A model generated the notes under the pieces. The model saw only the letters and a program-made list of their open reading frames with translations, did not search any database and was not told the origin of the DNA. Shown in pieces: positions 33,873-43,088 of a DNA stretch of 57,839 bases (position 1 is the stretch's first letter; the number at the start of each line of letters is the position of its first letter). Origin of the DNA: a virus (lineage: Duplodnaviria; Caudoviricetes); the IMG/VR virus record IMGVR_UViG_3300042569_000835, positions 1 through 57,839 of that record. The stretch is one strand, 5' to 3'. The position numbers and the translations under genes are program-made.

Positions 33873-35570
33873 ATGAGTTGGAAAAAATACTTTACACCTG
33901 TTGATGTTAGAAACCAAATGGGTTCGTCTAGCCCAATTTCGGGTGGCGGTCGTCCTGGTCCAGCCCGAGCAAATTATTCTAGCTATCTGCCAGATGTTTA
34001 TGCAGGTACACCCAATCGTGTTGAGCGTTATATGCAGTACGATACCATGGATATGGATTCAGAAGTTAATGCTGCCCTAGACATTCTTGCTGAGTTCTGC
34101 ACTCAAAAAGACAAAGAAAATGCAACTCCATTTCAAACATTCTTTCGTGGCCAACCTACTTCAACTGAAGTTAAACTGATCAAAGAAAGTCTACAAAAAT
34201 GGACCAAACAACAACAATTTGAAACTAGAATTTTCCGCATAGTTAGAAATGCTTTTAAGTATGGAGATGTATTTTTTATACGTGATCCTGAAACTAAAAA
34301 ATGGTTGTTTGTTGATGCAGCCAAAGTATCAAAAATTATTGTAAACGAAAGCGAAGGTAAAATTCCCGAGCAATATGTTGTTAGAGACATTAATTTTAAC
34401 TTTAAAGATTTAATTGCAGTTACTCCTCACGGAACTACAAATACTGCACCTAGTGGTACTAGTTCATATACCAGTGGCGGAAGTCAAGGTCGTGGTATGG
34501 TAGGTTCCGCTAGTCAACCTCCGGGCACACGTTTTCACAACCAAACAAACGAAGTTACTGTTGACGCAAAGAATGTGGTGCATATTAGTTTATCAGAAGG
34601 TATTGATACTAACTATCCTTTTGGTAATAGTCTATTAGAATCAGTGTTTAAAGTCTACAAGCAGAAAGAACTGCTTGAAGATGCTATCATTATCTATCGT
34701 GTACAACGTGCTCCTGAAAGACGCATATTCTATATTGATGTTGGAAATATGCCAGCACACATGGCCATGAGCTTTGTTGAACGTGTTAAAAACGAAATCC
34801 AACAAAGACGCATACCATCATCAACAGGTGGCGGCAACAATGTTATCGATGCCAGCTACAATCCTCTAAGTGCTTCAGAAGACTATTTCTTTCCACAGAC
34901 AGCAGAAGGTCGTGGATCAAAAGTTGACACCCTTGCAGGCGGTACTAACCTTGGCGAAATTACAGATTTACGTTTTTTTACCAATAAACTGTTCCGTGCC
35001 CTAAGAATTCCAAGTGCTTACTTGCCTACAGGTGTTGAAGAAGCTTCAAACACAGTAGCTGATGGAAAAGTAGGAACGGCCTACATTCAAGAACTGCGTT
35101 TTAACAAATATTGCGAACGTCTACAGTCAATGATTATTGAAACATTTGACTTAGAATTTAAAATGTGGTTGGAAAATAACGGAGTAAACATTGATCCAAG
35201 TCTATTTGAATTAAAGTTTAATCCACCACAGAACTTTGCAGCCTATCGCCAAAGTGAACTAGATACAGCCCGTGCAGCTACATTTGCACAGCTACAAGAA
35301 ATTCCTCACCTTAGCAAACGATTTGCTATGAAACGCTTCTTAGGCATGACACAAGAAGAGATTACAGAAAACGAAAAGCTGTGGAGAGAAGAACAAGGCG
35401 GAAACTTAAAACCAGCATTAGATGCAGGCGGCCAAATGCGTTCAGTAGGGATTACTCCAAGCGGAGCTCAAACAGATCTAGCGGCGCAAGCTGAAGAAGC
35501 ACCTGAAGAAGCACCAGCAGACACAGGTGTAGAAGGTGAAGCGGCACCTGCTGAACAACCGGTTCAATGA
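33873..35570 (+). CDS. gp20: Portal protein
   Basis: LLEDAIIIYRVQRAPERRIFYIDVGNMP, EDYFFP, RGSKVDTLAGG and ELRFNKY motifs of the T4 gp20 family. Confidence 0.95.
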   Translation: MSWKKYFTPVDVRNQMGSSSPISGGGRPGPARANYSSYLPDVYAGTPNRVERYMQYDTMDMDSEVNAALDILAEFCTQKDKENATPFQTFFRGQPTSTEVKLIKESLQKWTKQQQFETRIFRIVRNAFKYGDVFFIRDPETKKWLFVDAAKVSKIIVNESEGKIPEQYVVRDINFNFKDLIAVTPHGTTNTAPSGTSSYTSGGSQGRGMVGSASQPPGTRFHNQTNEVTVDAKNVVHISLSEGIDTNYPFGNSLLESVFKVYKQKELLEDAIIIYRVQRAPERRIFYIDVGNMPAHMAMSFVERVKNEIQQRRIPSSTGGGNNVIDASYNPLSASEDYFFPQTAEGRGSKVDTLAGGTNLGEITDLRFFTNKLFRALRIPSAYLPTGVEEASNTVADGKVGTAYIQELRFNKYCERLQSMIIETFDLEFKMWLENNGVNIDPSLFELKFNPPQNFAAYRQSELDTARAATFAQLQEIPHLSKRFAMKRFLGMTQEEITENEKLWREEQGGNLKPALDAGGQMRSVGITPSGAQTDLAAQAEEAPEEAPADTGVEGEAAPAEQPVQ

Positions 35571-35576
35571 TAAATA
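35570..35576 (+). promoter_or_regulatory. Late promoter (ATAAATA) 4 nt before the ATG at 35581
   Basis: TGATAAATATCGTATG; overlaps the portal stop codon. Confidence 0.65.
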
Positions 35577-35580
35577 TCGT

Positions 35581-35832
35581 ATGCTCCTATTAGAATTCCT
35601 TTATTTTAACGACAACAATAACGACTTTGCAGTTGATCGTCGCTATGAAAATAACAAAGACAGTTCAGTTCTTAAAAGAAGCGATACTAGAAAAACTCGC
35701 CTTACACTAAGACAAATTAACAGACTGCGTATGCAAGCAGAAGCTCATGAATATGAGCGTGATTCTGAATTAGAATTTGTTAGACAGATGTATGGAGCGC
35801 CAGCCGGTGAAGCAGAGCAACCAGCAGAATAA
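35581..35832 (+). CDS. Small head-associated protein (83 aa)
   Basis: I prefer the ATG at 35581 to the track's 35536, which lies inside the portal gene; MLLLEF start; located in the head operon. Confidence 0.7.
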   Translation: MLLLEFLYFNDNNNDFAVDRRYENNKDSSVLKRSDTRKTRLTLRQINRLRMQAEAHEYERDSELEFVRQMYGAPAGEAEQPAE

Positions 35833-36448
35833 TGTTGCATTTGTATTGGGCAACGGTACAAGCAGACTAAAACTAAATCATAAAAACCTACTAGATAAAG
35901 GCATAGTCTATGCCTGCAATGCTATCTATAGAGAGTTTGAACCGCATCATTTGATAGCAGTAGATGTTAAAATGATCAACGAAATCGTAGCTTCCGGCTA
36001 TCACAAAACACATTCTGTATGGACTAATCCCAACAAAGGAATCAGCAATAAACATAACCTAAATATGTTTAATCCACACAAAGGATGGAGTTCGGGACCT
36101 ACAGCATTGTGGTTCGCATCGGAACAAGGACACAGAGACATATACATTTTTGGATTTGATTATCAGGGTGTGCAAGGTAAGTTTAACAACGTATACGCAG
36201 ATACCTACAATTACAAAAAAAGCAACGATGCAGCAACTTTTCATGGAAACTGGCTGAGTCAAACCGAAAGAACAATTAGAGATTTTAGAAACATACAATA
36301 TCACAGAGTAATAAATTCTGGAGATTTTATTCCAGATCAATTGGGAATACAGTTAAAAAATCTCAAACACATTACCTACGAAGAATTTAGTAAAAAATTT
36401 TCGGACTGTACTTATACAGTAGAAAACGTTCAAAAAACTACCATTTAA
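35807..36448 (+). CDS. Putative glycosyltransferase-like protein (GT42/Maf/DUF115-like fold)
   Basis: AFVLGNGTSR, YACNAIY, LIAVD, SSGPTAL and IYIFGFDY motifs; GTG at 35807 with GGAG 9 nt upstream. Confidence 0.6.
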   Translation: MKQSNQQNNVAFVLGNGTSRLKLNHKNLLDKGIVYACNAIYREFEPHHLIAVDVKMINEIVASGYHKTHSVWTNPNKGISNKHNLNMFNPHKGWSSGPTALWFASEQGHRDIYIFGFDYQGVQGKFNNVYADTYNYKKSNDAATFHGNWLSQTERTIRDFRNIQYHRVINSGDFIPDQLGIQLKNLKHITYEEFSKKFSDCTYTVENVQKTTI

Positions 36449-36469
36449 CCCCAGATTGTAATCATAGTG

Positions 36470-36476
36470 TTAAATA
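36470..36476 (+). promoter_or_regulatory. Late promoter (TTAAATA) for the prohead/capsid genes
   Basis: TAAATA core upstream of the AAGGAG site and the ATG at 36513. Confidence 0.7.
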
Positions 36477-36512
36477 AACGCACAGCCTAACCATCTTGAA
36501 GGAGAATACAAC

Positions 36513-37418
36513 ATGGCAGATAAATCATTACTTGAGCAGATGCTCGAACGCTTGGTCAACGACGATCAAGCAAAAGCAGAAGAATTATTCCACGAATACG
36601 TAGTTGGAAAATCTCGCGAAATTTACGAAAACCTCATCGAAGCCGAAATGGATGACGAAGAAGAGGAAGAAGAAGTTGACGAAGCAGCAGAAGATGAAGA
36701 TGCTGAAGAAGAAAAAGTTGACGAAGAATTTGAAGACATTGCCTATGAAGGCGATGACGAAACAGGCGGTCCTGCCGGCGATATGGGCGACGACTTAGCT
36801 GGAGAAATTGGTCCAGAAGAAGAAGGTGAAGACCTAGGCAGCGAATCCGAAGAAGAACTATTTCAAGACTTAGACGCTATTGTAGACGAACTACAATCAC
36901 GATTTGACGCACTTGGCGGCGATGAAGGTGGCGATATGGGCGACGAAATGGGCGCATCAGATGAAATGAAAGATGACTTTGATCTAGAAACTGTACGTGA
37001 GTATGTTGAAAAAGTTCCAGGTGGTCATGGTGCAGAGAAGAAAGGCGCAGGCGAAGGTGCTATGGTTGGTACTGGCAAACTAAGTCAAGGTTCTAGCACA
37101 AATGCTAAATCAATCGTTGCAGGTAAGAACGATATGGGCGGCACAACAGCTAATATCTTAGGCGGCAAAGAAGAAGCCCCTAAGTACGCAGGTGCAGGTG
37201 GTGGACAACTAGGCGGATCAAGCCTATTCAAAGGTACACCAAAAGAAGATAACGCAGGCAACATCAACGTTCCAGGCGGCAAGGCAGGTGGTGCTTTCAG
37301 TAAGAAAGAGCCAGGCCATGGTGCAGAGAAGAAAGGCGAAGCTGAAGGCAAATTCAGCGGAGCAGGCGGTTCTTCCGGTTCAGTTGACAAAGCAAGTCTT
37401 TTCCGTGGTCGTAGATAA
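36513..37418 (+). CDS. Acidic prohead core protein (gp67-position)
   Basis: Very Asp/Glu-rich first half and Gly/Lys-rich second half; directly upstream of the prohead protease. Confidence 0.6.
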   Translation: MADKSLLEQMLERLVNDDQAKAEELFHEYVVGKSREIYENLIEAEMDDEEEEEEVDEAAEDEDAEEEKVDEEFEDIAYEGDDETGGPAGDMGDDLAGEIGPEEEGEDLGSESEEELFQDLDAIVDELQSRFDALGGDEGGDMGDEMGASDEMKDDFDLETVREYVEKVPGGHGAEKKGAGEGAMVGTGKLSQGSSTNAKSIVAGKNDMGGTTANILGGKEEAPKYAGAGGGQLGGSSLFKGTPKEDNAGNINVPGGKAGGAFSKKEPGHGAEKKGEAEGKFSGAGGSSGSVDKASLFRGRR

Positions 37419-37427
37419 TAGGACGCA

Positions 37428-38057
37428 ATGGTGAAAACTAATCTCAGTGAACAATTGAGTTTTGACCAGGCTAAGATTGTCTTGGAGAGCGAAGGCGAGG
37501 GCGATAAAAAATCGCTGCATCTGAACGGTATCTGCATTCAAGGAGATATCCGTAATCAGAATCAGCGAATTTATTCTTCTCAAGAGATTGGCAAGGCTGT
37601 CAAAACGCTTAACGAGCAGATCTCTGGCGGATATTCAGTTTGCGGAGAGTTAGATCATCCTCAGGATTTAAAAATCAATCTAGATCGTGTTAGTCATATG
37701 ATTACCAAGATGTGGATGGATGGTCCTAACGGCTACGGAAAACTTAAAATCATCCCAACTCCAATGGGTCAATTAGTACAGACCATGTTGGAGTCGGGAG
37801 TAAAGTTGGGTGTATCGAGTAGAGGTTCCGGTGAAGTAGATGGCAGTGGTAATGTTCAAGGTTTTGAAATTATCACAGTTGATATTGTAGCACAACCTAG
37901 CGCCCCGGGAGCTTACCCAACTCCAGTATACGAACATTTAATGAATACATTAGGTGGAAATCAGGCATTTAGAATAGCACAAGAAGTCAAAGGCGACCCA
38001 AAGGCACAGAAATACATAGCAGAGAGTCTGGTGAAGATCATCAGAGGTCTCAAATAA
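37428..38057 (+). CDS. gp21: Prohead maturation protease
   Basis: NQNQRIY, GELDHP, RVSH, GVSSRGSG and DIVAQPSAP motifs. Confidence 0.95.
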   Translation: MVKTNLSEQLSFDQAKIVLESEGEGDKKSLHLNGICIQGDIRNQNQRIYSSQEIGKAVKTLNEQISGGYSVCGELDHPQDLKINLDRVSHMITKMWMDGPNGYGKLKIIPTPMGQLVQTMLESGVKLGVSSRGSGEVDGSGNVQGFEIITVDIVAQPSAPGAYPTPVYEHLMNTLGGNQAFRIAQEVKGDPKAQKYIAESLVKIIRGLK

Positions 38058-38072
38058 CAGTAGGAGAATCAC

Positions 38073-39167
38073 ATGCTAGATTTCGTTAAACAGTTGTTTG
38101 AAAACAATGTGATTTCCGAAGAACTTAAATCGGAAATTGAAACCGCTTGGCAAAGCAGAATTCAAGAAAACCGTGACCAAGTCACTGCCACGCTACGTGA
38201 AGAATTTGCACAAAAGTACGAGCACGACAAATCCGCAATGGTTGAAGCTGTAGAAGCAATGTTAGCAGACCGCCTACAGGCAGAGCTATCAGAGCTAGCA
38301 GAAGACCGTCAAGGACTTATCGAAGCCCGTGCTAAGTATGCACAAAAAATGAAAGAAGATGCTACAGCAATGGAAGCATTTGTATTGAATAATTTGCGCA
38401 AAGAACTTGCAGAATTACACGAAGACCGTAAAGCAGTTGCTAACAATGTCGGTAAATTAGAATCTTTTATCGTGGACGCACTAGCGAAAGAAATCGCAGA
38501 ATTCCACGCAGACAAGAAAGACTTGGCTGAAACAAAAGTTAAACTAGTACGCGAAAGCAAAGCTAGATTTGAACAAGTTAAGAAAGATTTTATTGCTCGC
38601 TCATCAGCTATCATTCAAGAAACAGTCTCTAAAGGACTAAAATCTGAAATGGTACAGTTGCGTGAAGATATCGATGCTGCCCGCAGAAATGATTTTGGTC
38701 GCAGAATTTTTGAAAGCTTCGCTAGCGAATATGCTGCAAGCCATCTCAATGAGAAAAGCGAAACAGCAAAACTTCTAAAAGTGGTTGCTACAAAAGAGCA
38801 AGAACTTGAAGAAGCAGCAAAGATTGTTGCAGAAACACAAAAATTAGTAGAAAGTCGTGAACAAGAACTACGTATTGCACAAGACGCAATGAGCCGCAAA
38901 GAAGTTATGAGCGAATTGCTCGGCCCATTAAGTGGAGACAAGCGTGTAGTAATGAAAGAATTACTAGAATCAGTTCAAACAGACAAACTACGCACAGCTT
39001 ACGACAAGTACATCCCTTCAGTAATGAACGGCGGTGCACCTGCTAAGAAAACATTAACAGAAGGCAAAGAAATGACAGGCGATAAAAAACAGGCACAATC
39101 TTTTAGCAGTGAAGAAAAAACTGCTGAAATTTTTGACATCCGCAGGCTTGCGGGACTAAAAGTTTAA
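38073..39167 (+). CDS. gp22: Prohead scaffolding protein
   Basis: Coiled-coil Glu/Ala/Lys-rich protein between the protease and capsid genes; RRIFESF motif. Confidence 0.75.
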   Translation: MLDFVKQLFENNVISEELKSEIETAWQSRIQENRDQVTATLREEFAQKYEHDKSAMVEAVEAMLADRLQAELSELAEDRQGLIEARAKYAQKMKEDATAMEAFVLNNLRKELAELHEDRKAVANNVGKLESFIVDALAKEIAEFHADKKDLAETKVKLVRESKARFEQVKKDFIARSSAIIQETVSKGLKSEMVQLREDIDAARRNDFGRRIFESFASEYAASHLNEKSETAKLLKVVATKEQELEEAAKIVAETQKLVESREQELRIAQDAMSRKEVMSELLGPLSGDKRVVMKELLESVQTDKLRTAYDKYIPSVMNGGAPAKKTLTEGKEMTGDKKQAQSFSSEEKTAEIFDIRRLAGLKV

Positions 39168-39178
39168 GGAGAACTATA

Positions 39179-40354
39179 ATGTCACAATTACTCGAGTCAC
39201 GCTGGTCGGAAACCAAAGAAGCTCTTTTAGAAGGACTTCAAGGTAACAAGCGTTCAGTAATGGCAGCTACTCTAGAGAATACCCGCAAGTATTTGGCAGA
39301 GAGCGCCACAGCTGGAGCTACATCCGCTGGCAACGTTGCAACCCTAAATCGTGTGATCCTTCCAGTGATCAGACGTGTGATGCCTACGGTCATCGCTAAT
39401 GAATTAGTTGGCGTACAGCCAATGACTGGCCCAGTTGGTCAAATCCACACACTACGTGTTCGCTACTCTGATACATTCAGTGACGGCACAGGTGGATCTA
39501 CAACAGCTGGTGAAGAGGCACTAAGCCCATTCAAGATTGCTGAAGGCTATTCTGGTGTTGCACCAGGAAAAGCTGATGCTACAGCAGCAAAAGAAGGTGT
39601 TGCTGGTAACAAACTAAGCATCCAAATCTTGAAGCAAACAGTTGAAGCCAAGACACGTAAGTTGTCAGCTCGCTGGACATTCGAAGCAGCTCAAGATGCA
39701 CAAGCCCAACAAGGTATTGACATCGAAGCTGAGATCATGGCAGCTCTTGCACAAGAGATTACTGCTGAGATCGACCAAGAAGTTCTACGTAGCCTAGGTA
39801 CTTTAGCTTCTGGCGCAAGTAACACAGTAGCATACAATCAGGCAGCAGTGTCTGGTACAGCTACATTCGTTGGTGATGAGCACGCCGCATTGGCAGTTGC
39901 TATTAACCGTGTTGCTAACGTGATCGCTCAGCGTACACGTCGCGGTGCAGGAAACTGGGCTGTTGTTAGCCCACAAGCATTGACAATTCTTCAAAGTGCT
40001 ACAACTTCTGCGTTCGCAAGAACAACAGAAGGTACATTCGAAGCACCTACAAACACTAAGTTTGTTGGTACATTGAATAGCGCAATGAAAGTGTATGTTA
40101 ACACATACGCTGCTGATGACAGCGCAATTATTGTCGGTTATAAAGGTTCTAGCGAATCTGATGCAGCAGCATTCTATTGCCCATACATTCCATTGATGAG
40201 CAGTGGTGTTGTTCTAGATCCAAGCACATTTGAGCCAGTAGTTTCTTTCATGACCAGATATGGTTATGTTGAGTTAACAAATACTGCTTCATCTCTTGGT
40301 AATGCAGCAGACTACCTAGGTCAAGTAACAATCGCTGGTGTTTCTTATACCTAA
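39179..40354 (+). CDS. gp23: Major capsid protein
   Basis: GVQPMTGPVGQI, VEAKTRKLSARWTFEAAQD, EITAEIDQE, FYCPYIPL and FMTRYG motifs of the T4 gp23 family. Confidence 0.97.
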   Translation: MSQLLESRWSETKEALLEGLQGNKRSVMAATLENTRKYLAESATAGATSAGNVATLNRVILPVIRRVMPTVIANELVGVQPMTGPVGQIHTLRVRYSDTFSDGTGGSTTAGEEALSPFKIAEGYSGVAPGKADATAAKEGVAGNKLSIQILKQTVEAKTRKLSARWTFEAAQDAQAQQGIDIEAEIMAALAQEITAEIDQEVLRSLGTLASGASNTVAYNQAAVSGTATFVGDEHAALAVAINRVANVIAQRTRRGAGNWAVVSPQALTILQSATTSAFARTTEGTFEAPTNTKFVGTLNSAMKVYVNTYAADDSAIIVGYKGSSESDAAAFYCPYIPLMSSGVVLDPSTFEPVVSFMTRYGYVELTNTASSLGNAADYLGQVTIAGVSYT

Positions 40355-40383
40355 TCTGTATTAGAAATAATTGCACTAAATTC

Positions 40384-40407
40384 AAAAAGGCTCTTCGGAG
40401 CCTTTTT
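40384..40407 (+). terminator. Intrinsic terminator after the major capsid gene
   Basis: AAAAA-GGCTC-TTCG-GAGCC-TTTTT with a cUUCGg loop. Confidence 0.92.
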
Positions 40408-40414
40408 GTTTGAC

Positions 40415-40421
40415 TTAAATA
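40415..40421 (+). promoter_or_regulatory. Late promoter (TTAAATA) 5 nt before the ATG at 40427
   Basis: CTTAAATATCAATATG. Confidence 0.55.
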
Positions 40422-40426
40422 TCAAT

Positions 40427-40696
40427 ATGCAAATAGAAAGCGAACACGATTTTGTAAAATTAAGAAACCAATTTTTAATTTGGCGCAAACGCTTTCCTAT
40501 GTTTACACACGATGTGTATCAAATAGAAAAAATTATAAATTCTCACATACAACAGCACAGCAAAATTATGGTGTTGCATAGACAAACACACAGCAGAAGC
40601 TATTTAGAACAGGCGCAACTAGAAATAGATGCTATCAATCAAGTTATAACCACTGTAGAAAAGTTAGAGTTAATGGCTATGCTGAGTCGCGGATAA
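40427..40696 (+). CDS. Hypothetical protein (89 aa)
   Basis: ATG at 40427 preferred because the track's 40406 start lies in the terminator T-tract. Confidence 0.65.
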   Translation: MQIESEHDFVKLRNQFLIWRKRFPMFTHDVYQIEKIINSHIQQHSKIMVLHRQTHSRSYLEQAQLEIDAINQVITTVEKLELMAMLSRG

Positions 40697-40699
40697 ATA
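40693..40699 (+). promoter_or_regulatory. Late promoter (ATAAATA)
   Basis: Overlaps the upstream stop; precedes a structured leader. Confidence 0.7.
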
Positions 40700-40704
40700 A
40701 AGTA

Positions 40705-40752
40705 TCTAGAAATGATTTATGCGGTACCCTCCGCGTAGACCTAGAACGTCAT
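40705..40752 (+). promoter_or_regulatory. Candidate structured 5' UTR element
   Basis: Stem TTATGCGG/CCGCGTAG (40717-40738) plus TCTAG/CTAGA and GAC/GTC pairings before the AAGGAG site. Confidence 0.45.
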
Positions 40753-40768
40753 ATTAAGGAGAAACAAA

Positions 40769-41173
40769 ATGGGACGTCCATTAAGAAAAGATGTAAACGG
40801 TGTTGATGTAATTGGAACACCTTCAAGCGCAACAGGTGTTAGAGTTGAAGCATATGTTGGTACAACAGCCTATACTGATGCTACATACAACAACTCAACA
40901 AACTATGCCTATATCTACAAGCAGCGTGGTGCAAAAACTTTTACATTGAAAAATCAAGCAGGTACAAATCTTGGACCTTGCGTATTGCAAGCAGCAATTC
41001 CTTCCGCTACCGGTCAAATGAGAATCAACGGATACATTGGTGGAAACGGGTCTGTTCCAACACCATTGGCTAAGATTAACAAGCGTACAGCCAAAGATTT
41101 TAACGGTGTTCGTTATACATGGCAGCTTGTAAACGATTCTACATCTGACTACATTGTGCTAACAGCAGTTTAA
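40769..41173 (+). CDS. Putative virion structural protein (possible head decoration)
   Basis: 134-aa ORF with a strong ribosome-binding site and late promoter, near the capsid gene; IYKQRGAKTF motif. Confidence 0.55.
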   Translation: MGRPLRKDVNGVDVIGTPSSATGVRVEAYVGTTAYTDATYNNSTNYAYIYKQRGAKTFTLKNQAGTNLGPCVLQAAIPSATGQMRINGYIGGNGSVPTPLAKINKRTAKDFNGVRYTWQLVNDSTSDYIVLTAV

Positions 41174-41187
41174 TTTAGGAAGTAAGC

Positions 41188-42177
41188 ATGGGACAGTTTA
41201 TACAAGTAAGTGGCGACTACAATATCAAAGCCGGAGAAGGAGCGACAATAACTCTAGATACCGGCGCCGGTGTTGGCAACACTAGAGTCACTGGAAATCT
41301 TATTGTCGAAGGTGACACATTAAACGTCTCTGTTGAAAATTTAAATATTCAGGACAACATCATTACCTTAAACTTTGGTGAAACGGGTAATGGTGTTAGT
41401 CTTAGATATTCTGGTATCGAAGTTGATCGCGGCCTTGCACAAGATGTGTCTTTATTGTGGGACGAAAATGATCAAACATGGAATTTTAAAGAAGGTGCAG
41501 GTTATAATTCTAGTAAGGTTAGACTAAAAGAAATTCTAACTAATGCTGACACCGACAGTGGTGATTTAACATTAATCGGTACTGGTACAGGAGTTGTTAA
41601 AGTAGCTGGGACAACTGCCTACGAATTACAAGTTACCGATGACGATGATATTCCTAATAAAAAATATGTCGACGATGCAATTCAAACTAATCCAACATTT
41701 CAAATTTTAAGAAATGACACACGTACAGCAGCATTTGATATAAACGATCCTATTGACCCGGGATTATTTCCAATTGGTCCGTATTTCCTACAGCCCGCAG
41801 AAAGTCTAGTGGGCGTAGTGATTGACAATAACATTGTTGCACAGTTCTTTAGAAATAGAGTACAATTAGCCGGCGCAAACTTCTTTACAGAAGATCCAAC
41901 ACCAAATGATCCGTTAATTCCTGATGCCACTGTAATTCAAACAGTTAATACTAACGGTAATATCAAATTAGAAACTAACGGTACAGGAAAAGTTGAAATT
42001 ACCTACGCACTGCAATTAGACAATCCAGGCACTACTCCAGCGGCAGTAAACAACGCCAGTTTAGTATATGGCGGCACAGTGGGTGCAGGCAGTACAGGGG
42101 TATATTTTAGAAACACCAGCAAGAATGATGAATTGATAAGCAAGAGCAAAGCTCTTGTTTTTAGCATGATATTTTAA
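41188..42177 (+). CDS. Virion fibre-like structural protein
   Basis: VTGNLIVEG, IQDNIITLN, SGIEVDRG, IPNKKYVD and LETNGTGKV motifs common in phage fibres. Confidence 0.65.
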   Translation: MGQFIQVSGDYNIKAGEGATITLDTGAGVGNTRVTGNLIVEGDTLNVSVENLNIQDNIITLNFGETGNGVSLRYSGIEVDRGLAQDVSLLWDENDQTWNFKEGAGYNSSKVRLKEILTNADTDSGDLTLIGTGTGVVKVAGTTAYELQVTDDDDIPNKKYVDDAIQTNPTFQILRNDTRTAAFDINDPIDPGLFPIGPYFLQPAESLVGVVIDNNIVAQFFRNRVQLAGANFFTEDPTPNDPLIPDATVIQTVNTNGNIKLETNGTGKVEITYALQLDNPGTTPAAVNNASLVYGGTVGAGSTGVYFRNTSKNDELISKSKALVFSMIF

Positions 42178-42189
42178 GAGACAATAAAA

Positions 42190-42573
42190 ATGATATACAG
42201 CACACGACTAACAACTTCAGGAGATACATTGGTGTTTACCAGCACTAGTACAGGAGCCCCAGTTGGTGGCGCAGTAGTTGCACAAGATAATGCCATTACA
42301 AATATCATAGTTTGTAATACAGGAACACCAAACTTAACCGACGAAACTGTTAACAGTTGCACATTAACATTAAATTTAGTAGTAGCAGGTGGAGTAAGTT
42401 CTGATACCAATACCGTTGTTAAAAATCTAATTGTACCTGCAGGCGAAACAGTATTCTTCAGCGATGAGCGCATAGTTTTAAAAGGTAGCAGCACCTACGG
42501 TAATGATCAAATTCGTGCTACTGCCAGCGTTGGAAACTTGTTAAGTATTACAGTGAGTGCATTACCAGTATGA
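42190..42573 (+). CDS. Small beta-rich virion protein, paralogue of 45364-45696
   Basis: IIVCN...LIVPAGET...ERIVL resembles IGCNLAN...LTIPPQS...EKLIL. Confidence 0.65.
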   Translation: MIYSTRLTTSGDTLVFTSTSTGAPVGGAVVAQDNAITNIIVCNTGTPNLTDETVNSCTLTLNLVVAGGVSSDTNTVVKNLIVPAGETVFFSDERIVLKGSSTYGNDQIRATASVGNLLSITVSALPV

Positions 42574-43070
42574 GATTTCTTAAACAAAAAACTCTTAGCA
42601 AGTATAGCCCTAGTGATCAAACACTGTTTACCAATCACTACGGTCGTGCTGTTATGGAAATAACAGGCGGATTACGCTTACCCAAAGGCACTACTGCACA
42701 ACGTCCACAGCTCAGTGGGGTTAGAACTACAGGCGGCGCCAACGGATTTATGCGCTACAATACCACAACTAACTCTATAGAAGCCTATGTCGACGGAGTG
42801 TGGGAAGTGGTGAGAGCCCCAGGCGCTACTGCAATTACCAAACAGACTCTAGGACCAGGCAACGAAGTAGAAACAACATTTGGACCTCTAACCAAAATTC
42901 CAAATTCTGAAAACAACATACTGGTATTTGTTGAAAACGTTTTTCAAATTTCAGATACCAACTACAACCTAGTGGACAACTATCTAGGATCTGGAAACAC
43001 CTATATTGTGTTTACCAGTTCAGTTCCTTTAGACAAATATATCACAATATATTACGGCTACGCCGATTAA
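42570..43070 (+). CDS. Fibre-associated structural protein
   Basis: LPKGTTAQRP...GFMRYNTTTNSIEAY..GVW module plus ILVFVENVFQ domain. Confidence 0.65.
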   Translation: MRFLKQKTLSKYSPSDQTLFTNHYGRAVMEITGGLRLPKGTTAQRPQLSGVRTTGGANGFMRYNTTTNSIEAYVDGVWEVVRAPGATAITKQTLGPGNEVETTFGPLTKIPNSENNILVFVENVFQISDTNYNLVDNYLGSGNTYIVFTSSVPLDKYITIYYGYAD

Positions 43071-43088
43071 TATTACCGGAGAGAGCGA

